Below are positions 26,601 to 32,000 of a DNA stretch of 32,000 nt, piece after piece (the stretch's first letter is position 1; each line of letters starts with the position of its first letter). A program made the position numbers and the translations under genes. A model generated the notes under the pieces. That model ran no database searches. It had not been told where the DNA came from and saw nothing but the letters and a program-made list of their open reading frames with translations. This DNA is from Methanococcus maripaludis (GTDB lineage: Archaea; AGJL01; Methanococci; Methanococcales; Methanococcaceae), in contig NZ_CP026606.1 of NCBI RefSeq assembly GCF_002945325.1, positions 750,001 to 782,000 of the forward strand. Direction: 5' to 3'.

Positions 26601-26834
26601 CTTCAATTAACCGACCTACATGGAGCTTGTGAATACTCTCGCTGTGATAGCGGGTTCGAAATTGGAGTAACAAAACTTTAATCGAATTTTTGGGCGAGTT
26701 GTAAGAGTTGGTAGGATCCTTACTGTGAACACAATACAGCAAAAATTCGTACATTACTCTCGACATAGGGTTATCTGACCGACATGGTATTTTCCAAGGA
26801 TGAAAGTTAGTGTTAATGTCGAGGGACACTTTTT
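26601..26834 (+). ncRNA. candidate three-hairpin box H/ACA pseudouridylation guide sRNA
   Basis: Three consecutive hairpins, each followed by ACA. Hairpin 1: 26601-26667, 8-bp basal stem CTTCAATT/AATTGGAG, ACA at 26670. Hairpin 2: 26683-26749, perfect 10-bp stem CGAATTTTTG/CAAAAATTCG, ACA at 26751. Hairpin 3: 26757-26825, 10-bp stem CTCTCGACAT/ATGTCGAGGG, ACA at 26826, then C and T5. Hairpins 1 and 2 contain K-turn-like geometry: GA opposite (3-nt bulge TGT)-GA. The region is locally GC-richer than its flanks, and the only ORF here is not protein-like. Confidence 0.6.
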
Positions 26835-26879
26835 CAATGAAAAAGAAAATAGAAGTAAAAATTGAAAGAAGAATGAATA

Positions 26880-27659
26880 CTATTTTAAGGATGTTTTAGC
26901 AGTTTTATCAAATGGATTTCTCCTCATCGCAAGAGAGAACAAATATGGATAATTATTTTTCAAATATTTCATGTAATTTACCCATTCTATTGTTATTAAT
27001 CTGTATGATCGAACCATATCTCCGTTTAAATGCATTATATCGTTTTCTGAACTTTCATGCAAATTTTCACGGCTTTCAAGTTCTTCTAAAAGGTGAAAAA
27101 CTGCCCTAAGTAATTCAGTGAAGTGTTCGTGCTCCATTAAATTTGGATTTTCTAAAAGCCTCATTAAAAATTCTTTGTTTTTTGATAAAAATTCATAAAT
27201 TTCCAAAATATCTTCTTTTGAAGCATTTAACGTATAATCCCGGTCTTTAGCATAATTTAGCGCATTTTTAAAGTCTTCGTCAACCCACGAATCTGTGACT
27301 TTTAATTTATTTCCGATTTCTTCAATATTTGGGTCGATTTTCGAGAAATATTTTAAAGATTTAGTTCCAGTTTCACTGAAAAATGTGCCAATTAGTATGT
27401 TTAATTTTTCAAGTCTCGCGCTTTTTTCCATGTCGCTTAAAATTCCAGAAATTACCACGGTTATTAAGAATACCTGAATTGGAACAAATGCTATTTTTCC
27501 AAAAAACGAATTTATTATTCCCAAATAATCATTAAATACTGCATACTGGACAATATACATTAAAATAGACGCAACTAATGCAGAAACCCAGAAGATTTTG
27601 TGCTGTTTTGTTTTCATAACTATCGCTTGGATTGAATTTTTTAGTTTTTTTATAAACAT
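26880..27659 (-). CDS. membrane protein of unknown function (N-terminal TM helices plus helical cytoplasmic domain)
   Basis: The start is placed at the ATG at 27659 (MFIKKLKN). The ORF-track start at 27707 would run through the arsR promoter and operator. Hydrophobic segments are KIFWVSALVASILMYIVQYAV and IAFVPIQVFLITVVISGIL. No family was recognised. Confidence 0.6.
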   Translation of the reverse strand: MFIKKLKNSIQAIVMKTKQHKIFWVSALVASILMYIVQYAVFNDYLGIINSFFGKIAFVPIQVFLITVVISGILSDMEKSARLEKLNILIGTFFSETGTKSLKYFSKIDPNIEEIGNKLKVTDSWVDEDFKNALNYAKDRDYTLNASKEDILEIYEFLSKNKEFLMRLLENPNLMEHEHFTELLRAVFHLLEELESRENLHESSENDIMHLNGDMVRSYRLITIEWVNYMKYLKNNYPYLFSLAMRRNPFDKTAKTSLK

Positions 27660-27682
27660 GTAATTGTTAATTTTCAATATAC

Positions 27683-27705
27683 GAATATAAAAAATTATAT
27701 ATAAC
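27683..27705. promoter_or_regulatory. back-to-back TATA-like boxes of a divergent promoter region
   Basis: GAATATAA (27683-27690, read on the minus strand as TTATATTC) lies about 25-30 nt before the ATG at 27659. TTATATATA (27695-27703) lies about 25 nt before the ATG at 27726. This suggests short or absent leaders on both sides. Confidence 0.35.
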
Positions 27706-27725
27706 ATTTGAACAATTGTTCAAAT
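27706..27725. promoter_or_regulatory. perfect 20-bp palindrome ATTTGAACAATTGTTCAAAT, predicted ArsR/SmtB operator
   Basis: Verified base by base: ATTTGAACAA is the reverse complement of TTGTTCAAAT. It lies between the TATA-like box and the arsR-family ATG at 27726. The TGAACA/TGTTCA half-sites resemble known SmtB/CzrA-type operators. Confidence 0.65.
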
Positions 27726-28082
27726 ATGGGTGATAGTTTGTCCGATCTTTGCAGTGAATATTCCGTTCTTAACGAAAAAATTGAGAAGGTATTGGAAAAA
27801 TTGCCCTCGAATGAGGATATTATCAATATTTCAAACATTATGAATTCGTTTGGGGACCCAAACCGGTTAAAAATACTTTTAGCATTGAAAGAAAGTGAAT
27901 TATGTTCGTGTGAACTTTCAAATATTGCTGATACATCCATTTCAGCAATTTCGCACCAGTTAAGGATACTTCGTGATAGAAAACTCGTTAAATTCAGAAA
28001 AGAAGGTAAATTTGTATACTACAAACTTTACGATGAAAAAATTAGGGATTTTTTAGAAGAAATTGTTGAATTGAGGAAATAA
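27726..28082 (+). CDS. ArsR/SmtB-family metal-responsive transcriptional repressor
   Basis: 118 aa counted from the ATG at 27726. Motifs LFGDPNRLKILLAL-type helix, the ELCSCEL metal-binding motif (the ELCVCDL equivalent) and the recognition helix SAISHQLRILRDRKLV. Confidence 0.9.
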   Translation: MGDSLSDLCSEYSVLNEKIEKVLEKLPSNEDIINISNIMNSFGDPNRLKILLALKESELCSCELSNIADTSISAISHQLRILRDRKLVKFRKEGKFVYYKLYDEKIRDFLEEIVELRK

Positions 28083-28084
28083 TT

Positions 28085-30160
28085 ATGCAAAAATATATTC
28101 TTAAAGGGCTTTGCTGCGCAGGGTGCGCTTCAAAAATTGAAAAATTATTAAAAGAACTGGGTTACCCTTCTGCAGTTATCAATATGGCAACAAGCGAATT
28201 AATATTGGATGAAAAAGAGATAGAACTTGAAAAAATTACCAAAATAGTAACATCCACTGAGCCAGGAGTAATTGTAATTCCAAAACACTCTGAAATAAAA
28301 CTAACAAACGAAATCGATTATAAAGAACTAAAAAAGATAATAATTTCTTCAATTTTTTTCGTTTTTGGACTTTTTAGCAGTTATTCTGGATATTCAGTAA
28401 ATATTCAGCTGTTATTTTTTATTGTAAGCTACATATTAGTTGGACAAAAAGTACTTAAAAAAACATTTCAAAATATTAAAAGACTCGATTTCTTCGATGA
28501 AAATTTTTTAATGAGCATTGCAACTATCGGTGCATTTTTAATTGGGGAATATCCTGAAGGGGTCGCAGTAATGTTATTTTACAGTATTGGAGAATTTTTC
28601 CAGAATATTGCAGTAACAAGATCCAGAAATTCGATAAAATCACTTGTTTCGATAAAAGCAGAATATGCAAATATACTCGAAAACGGGGAAACACTAAAAG
28701 TAAAACCTGAAAATGTACAGATTGGTCAAACTATCGTTATAAAACCGGGAGAAAAAGTTCCAATTGATGGAATAGTTTTAAATGGAAAATCAAGTTTGGA
28801 TACTTCTGCTTTAACTGGAGAAAGTATTCCAAAATCGATAAACCGTGGCGAAGAAGTATTATCGGGAATGATTAATCTAAGCGGGCTTTTAACTGTTCAA
28901 ACAACCAAAAATTTCAGTGATTCAGCAGTTTCTAAAATTTTAAACCTCGTTGAATCTGCAAGTATCAACAAAACAAAAACTGAGAAATTTATAACAAAAT
29001 TTGCAAAAGTGTATACTCCAATTATTGTATTTATTGCAGTTTTACTTGCAGTTGTTCCGCCAATAATATTTAACGAACCATTTGTTCCTTGGTTTTACAA
29101 AGCCCTGATATTATTGGTTATTTCGTGCCCTTGCGCTCTTGTGCTATCAATTCCACTCGGATATTTTGCAGGAATTGGAAGACTTGCAAAAGAAGGAATT
29201 TTAGTAAAGGGTTCCAACTATATCGATGTTTTAAGTAAAACTACTTATGTTTCATTTGACAAAACAGGAACACTTACTGAAGGAAAGTTTAAAGTTACAA
29301 AAGTCGTTTCAAAAAACGAATTTAGCGGAAAAAGGCTTCTTGAAATTGCTAAAATGGTAGAATGTAATTCAAACCACCCGATTGCAAAAACCATTATGGA
29401 TTTTGGAACAATTTCGTGTAAAACTTCCCTTGATGACTTTGAGGAATTTAGTGAAGTTTTAGGGAAAGGAATAATCTCAAAAATAAATGGTAACGTGATA
29501 ATTGCGGGAAATGAGAAACTGATGGAAGAAAAAAACATAAATTTTGAAAAATTGGATGTTTATGAAACTGCCGTTCATTTTGCAGTTGATGGAGTTTATG
29601 CAGGATATATCTTGATTTCTGACAAATTAAAAAAAGATTCAAAAGAAACCGTCCTAGAACTTAAAAAACTCGGCATTAAAAAAGTTTCAATGCTTACAGG
29701 AGATAAAAAAGATATTGCTGAAAAAATTGCATCTGAACTTAATCTTGACGAATATTATTCAGATCTCCTTCCTGAAGATAAAGTCAAAATAATCGAAGAG
29801 ATTGAAGCTAATAAATCTAAAAAAGAAACGATTGCATTTGTTGGTGAAGGAATTAACGATGCACCGGTAATTGCAAGAGCAGATGTTGGAATTTCGATGG
29901 GAACCCTTGGAAGTGATGCCGCAATTGAAACCGCGGATGTCGTTATAATGAACGATAAACCCTCAAAATTGATTTCTGCGATTAAAATTTCGAAAAGGAC
30001 ACAAAATATTGCATTCCAAAACATTTTTGTTATTTTAATAGTAAAAATAGCATTTATTAGCCTTGGAATATTTGGAGAAACCACGATGTGGCAGGCCGTC
30101 TTTGCAGACGTTGGAGTTGCCCTTCTTTCCGTCTTGAATGCAGTTAGAATTTTAAAATAA
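28085..30160 (+). CDS. heavy-metal translocating P1B-type ATPase (Zn/Cd/Pb-type by motifs)
   Basis: 691 aa. N-terminal HMA-like CCAGC, TM6 CPC (SCPCALVLS), DKTGTLT, TGD, GEGINDAP and TM8 FADVGVALLSVLNAVR. It starts 2 nt after the repressor stop. Confidence 0.9.
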   Translation: MQKYILKGLCCAGCASKIEKLLKELGYPSAVINMATSELILDEKEIELEKITKIVTSTEPGVIVIPKHSEIKLTNEIDYKELKKIIISSIFFVFGLFSSYSGYSVNIQLLFFIVSYILVGQKVLKKTFQNIKRLDFFDENFLMSIATIGAFLIGEYPEGVAVMLFYSIGEFFQNIAVTRSRNSIKSLVSIKAEYANILENGETLKVKPENVQIGQTIVIKPGEKVPIDGIVLNGKSSLDTSALTGESIPKSINRGEEVLSGMINLSGLLTVQTTKNFSDSAVSKILNLVESASINKTKTEKFITKFAKVYTPIIVFIAVLLAVVPPIIFNEPFVPWFYKALILLVISCPCALVLSIPLGYFAGIGRLAKEGILVKGSNYIDVLSKTTYVSFDKTGTLTEGKFKVTKVVSKNEFSGKRLLEIAKMVECNSNHPIAKTIMDFGTISCKTSLDDFEEFSEVLGKGIISKINGNVIIAGNEKLMEEKNINFEKLDVYETAVHFAVDGVYAGYILISDKLKKDSKETVLELKKLGIKKVSMLTGDKKDIAEKIASELNLDEYYSDLLPEDKVKIIEEIEANKSKKETIAFVGEGINDAPVIARADVGISMGTLGSDAAIETADVVIMNDKPSKLISAIKISKRTQNIAFQNIFVILIVKIAFISLGIFGETTMWQAVFADVGVALLSVLNAVRILK

Positions 30161-30182
30161 GATTTAATAAAATAAAAAAATA

Positions 30183-30593
30183 TTATTTTTTATGTTTTAG
30201 CATTTCTGAACCTTTTTCAGTTATATTATATCCATCGCCCAGTTTTGAGATGTATGCTGACTTTTCCAACTCTTCCAGATATTTTTCAACCATTTTACAG
30301 CCAATGTCTTCTAAAATCATTTCATACCTATCAATAGATTCTTTACATGGGCTGTTATATACATTGTACAAAATCTCAACGTATTCTTTTATAACTTCGT
30401 CATTTAATTTAAAAAATCCTTTTTCTAAATCGAATATTAATTCTTTTACGGATTCCCTATCTTCACCATAATGTTTCAATTTGTGTTCAATGTACAATTT
30501 TTCAATTTCATCTAACGATAACACACTTCCTTCAAATGCTGAAAGAAGGTTTAATTGAAATCTATTTAATTCCCCAGTTTCTGGTTTGGCCAT
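30183..30593 (-). CDS. small hypothetical protein, possible C-terminal winged-helix
   Basis: 136-aa acidic, helical ORF. The C-terminal KYLEELEKSAYISKLGDGYNITEKG looks wHTH-like. No firm family was recognised. Confidence 0.5.
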   Translation of the reverse strand: MAKPETGELNRFQLNLLSAFEGSVLSLDEIEKLYIEHKLKHYGEDRESVKELIFDLEKGFFKLNDEVIKEYVEILYNVYNSPCKESIDRYEMILEDIGCKMVEKYLEELEKSAYISKLGDGYNITEKGSEMLKHKK

Positions 30594-30706
30594 TATTATC
30601 CCCCGGATAGTTTATAATAAAATTATTTTTTGTAAGGCTATAAATATGTGCAAGCCCGAGTTAAATGATAGTATTGAAATTAGGCAGATTGCATCCTGGT
30701 GATTTT

Positions 30707-31261
30707 ATGAAAATTTATTTTGCAACAGGGAATCAAAATAAGATTAATGAAGCAGAAATTATATTAAAAGAAGCTAATTGCGAAATCGAACAGATTGAAA
30801 TTCCTTACGCGGAAGTTCAGGGAAGACTCGAAGAAGTTTCTGCATTTGGGGTTTTAGAAGTTTTTGAAAAATTCAATAGACCCGTTATAGTTGAAGACAG
30901 CGGATTTTTCATCGAAAAACTAAATGATTTTCCAGGAACTTATTCAAGGTTCGTTCAAGAAACTATAGGAAATGAAGGGATTTTAAAACTTTTAGAAAAT
31001 GAAACTAACAGAAATGCGTACTTTAAAACAGTTATCGGCTACTATGATGGCGACAACATCAAACTATTTACTGGAATTGTAAAAGGAACTATTTCAACAG
31101 AAATAAAAGACGGTGGGTTTGGTTTTGCCTACGACAGCATTTTTATTCCAGAAGGGAAAACTAAAACATTTGCAGAAATGACTACTGAAGAAAAAAGCGA
31201 AATATCGCACAGAAAAAGAGCATTTTATGAACTTAAGAATTATTTAGAAACAAACTTGTAA
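30707..31261 (+). CDS. non-canonical purine NTP pyrophosphatase (HAM1/RdgB/ITPase family)
   Basis: [31 protein letters not shown] and SHRKRAF. The ATG at 30707 is preceded by GGTGA (the ORF-track start at 30665 is an upstream extension). Confidence 0.9.
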   Translation: MKIYFATGNQNKINEAEIILKEANCEIEQIEIPYAEVQGRLEEVSAFGVLEVFEKFNRPVIVEDSGFFIEKLNDFPGTYSRFVQETIGNEGILKLLENETNRNAYFKTVIGYYDGDNIKLFTGIVKGTISTEIKDGGFGFAYDSIFIPEGKTKTFAEMTTEEKSEISHRKRAFYELKNYLETNL

Positions 31262-31272
31262 CTAGTGAAAAA

Positions 31273-32000
31273 ATGAAAGCATTTGACATAATGAAAGCTT
31301 CCCAGATCGCCTGTTGCTTTGAAGTTGGAAGTTTTAAACCTGGAAACGTCCATAAAAATAGAGACTACGACGATATAAAATATCACCACTTTATAAGCTC
31401 GGGAATTGCATTTGGGGATATAATTTACGAAGCCTGCCTTGAAAAAAATAATATCGGAAATTTCATTAAAAAAGGAGTAATTGAATCCAAAAAATGGTCT
31501 CCAACAAATGCAAATCTTGGAATAATTATGCTTCACATGCCAATAGCAATTGCCGCGTCAAACTTAGATAAATTTAGCGAATCGCAACTAAAAAAAGAAA
31601 CAGAAAAAATTATTAAAAACACGACTGTTCAAGATGCAATTGAAGTGTATGGGGCAATTGAAATTGCACTTGCTTTTGTTAACACTCCTGAAAACGGGCC
31701 AGATTTAAAAAGTAAGGATGCTAAAGACGAACTTATTGAAAAAAATCTTACTCTTTACGATGTTTTTAAAATTTCATCCACTTGGGACAGTATTTCCAAT
31801 GAATGGACCGAAAATTTTAAGATATCCTACAAAGGCTATAATTTAATAAAGGAATACTACGAAAAATACAATAACATCAATATTGCAGTTACCAAAACAT
31901 TTATCAATCTACTCTCAAACTATCCGGACACGTTAATTGCAAGGAAAAAAGGTATCGATGTCGCTAAAATGGTTTCAGAAAAAGCTAAAGAAGTTTTAAA
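31273..32000 (+). CDS. CitG-family (triphosphoribosyl-dephospho-CoA synthase-like) protein, 3' end outside the window
   Basis: Hand-translated open frame from the ATG at 31273 to the window edge, with no stop: [34 protein letters not shown]...[15 protein letters not shown]. The KPGNV motif and helical pattern resemble the CitG/MdcB family. It is missing from the ORF track because it has no stop in the window. Confidence 0.65.
   Translation, partial: MKAFDIMKASQIACCFEVGSFKPGNVHKNRDYDDIKYHHFISSGIAFGDIIYEACLEKNNIGNFIKKGVIESKKWSPTNANLGIIMLHMPIAIAASNLDKFSESQLKKETEKIIKNTTVQDAIEVYGAIEIALAFVNTPENGPDLKSKDAKDELIEKNLTLYDVFKISSTWDSISNEWTENFKISYKGYNLIKEYYEKYNNINIAVTKTFINLLSNYPDTLIARKKGIDVAKMVSEKAKEVL

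Noticed and set aside
26652-26662. GGGTTCGAAAT, which resembles a tRNA T-arm/T-loop
   Set aside because: The flanking bases (GCGGG / TTGGA) cannot form the T-stem, and no acceptor or anticodon arm exists. It falls in the 3' pocket strand and basal stem of hairpin 1.
26714-26721. AGGATCCT palindrome (contains a GGATCC site) inside the RNA island
   Set aside because: It is an 8-bp self-complementary stretch with no loop, so it cannot fold on itself. It lies in the apical region of hairpin 2 and needs no separate explanation.
26479-26829. 116-aa minus-strand ORF from the ORF track, spanning the ppaC upstream region
   Set aside because: Its 3' end overlaps the ppaC 5' end. The translation is not protein-like (low complexity, no motifs). 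There is no RBS, and the region is better explained by the plus-strand three-hairpin ACA-terminated RNA.
26600-26835. Whether the structured island is RNase P RNA, SRP RNA, a tRNA or a C/D box sRNA
   Set aside because: Neither strand has the P4-type GGAAAGUCC / ACAGAA...GGCUUA pair expected for RNase P RNA. The island is far too AT-rich and lacks the helix-8-type motifs of SRP RNA. No cloverleaf can be drawn. The GTGATAG and CTGA elements are about 130 nt apart, too far for a single C/D sRNA.
1333-30706. N-terminal extensions in the ORF track
   Set aside because: The track starts concerned are 1333, 3423, 9262, 12927, 14052, 15960, 18624, 25467, 27707, 27708 and 30665. In each case a downstream ATG is preceded at 4-10 nt by a GGTG/GAGG-type RBS, or the longer form would overlap a neighbouring gene or promoter. 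Several of the longer forms begin at TTG or GTG. Shorter starts were preferred but remain unverified.
21233-31536. Further shadow ORFs in the right half of the window
   Set aside because: These are 21233-21430, 21705-21893, 22413-22664, 22761-23096, 24008-24316, 24287-24565, 25058-25291, 25909-26163, 26393-26581, 26912-27109, 27295-27477, 27695-27940, 29245-29538, 29448-29642, 29755-30084, 30250-30471 and 31240-31536. The reasoning is the same as above. 31240-31536 is antisense to the hand-translated CitG-like frame, which has convincing family features.
1-32000. Scan for CRISPR arrays, IS elements, integrases, prophage or toxin-antitoxin-like pairs, and tRNA/rRNA genes
   Set aside because: No regularly spaced direct repeats, no transposase- or integrase-like translations, no terminal inverted repeats and no GC-rich cloverleaf-sized islands were seen. 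The only GC-rich structured island is the H/ACA-like candidate.
1-32000. In-frame TGA (selenocysteine) read-through candidates, since Methanococcus encodes selenoproteins
   Set aside because: All well-supported genes here end at positions consistent with full-length family members. No gene appeared truncated at a TGA with a continuing homologous frame. The only frame discontinuity noticed is the -1 offset at 7742-7757, which does not involve TGA recoding.

Overview
AT-rich, densely coding archaeal chromosome. Gene content and order look like Methanococcus, and the pilus-gene order matches what I recall for M. maripaludis; the organism call is inference. No rRNA, tRNA, CRISPR array, transposase or integrase was seen. 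Layout: (1) 1-3.7 kb, plus strand: a remnant of the conserved archaeal translation/RNA-processing superoperon (SBDS, L37Ae, RpoP, Brix, Pcc1, prefoldin beta). RpoP is a 46-aa gene absent from the ORF track. A DHH phosphoesterase, an MptD-like protein and a small unknown follow. (2) 3.7-13.3 kb, minus strand: a 12-gene Epd-type archaeal type IV pilus locus. It holds the prepilin peptidase EppA and three small pilin-like proteins with class III signal peptides. It also holds a fourth, 58-aa class III-signal ORF that the track misses, two large paralogous DUF2341+LamG-like proteins, a possibly CpaB-like membrane protein and several secreted or anchored unknowns. No assembly ATPase or PilC-type platform gene lies in the window. 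(3) 13.3-26.5 kb: housekeeping genes (HD hydrolase, orphan ABC ATPase, Trm1, class III RNR NrdD, QueC, EgsA, HemL, two Na+/solute symporters, family II pyrophosphatase). (4) 26.6-26.83 kb: a non-coding island that folds into three consecutive 67-69 nt hairpins. Each hairpin is followed by ACA and the whole ends in T5, so I call it a three-hairpin H/ACA guide sRNA candidate; the ORF track shows a spurious 116-aa ORF here. (5) 26.9-32 kb: an unknown membrane protein, then an ArsR/SmtB repressor with a perfect 20-bp palindromic operator abutting its start codon, a Zn/Cd-type P1B ATPase, a small unknown, an ITPase and a partial CitG-like gene. The items most worth a second look are the H/ACA-like RNA, the pilin-signal ORF that may be joined to the downstream LamG protein by a -1 shift on an A5 run, and the uncharacterised accessory genes of the pilus locus.
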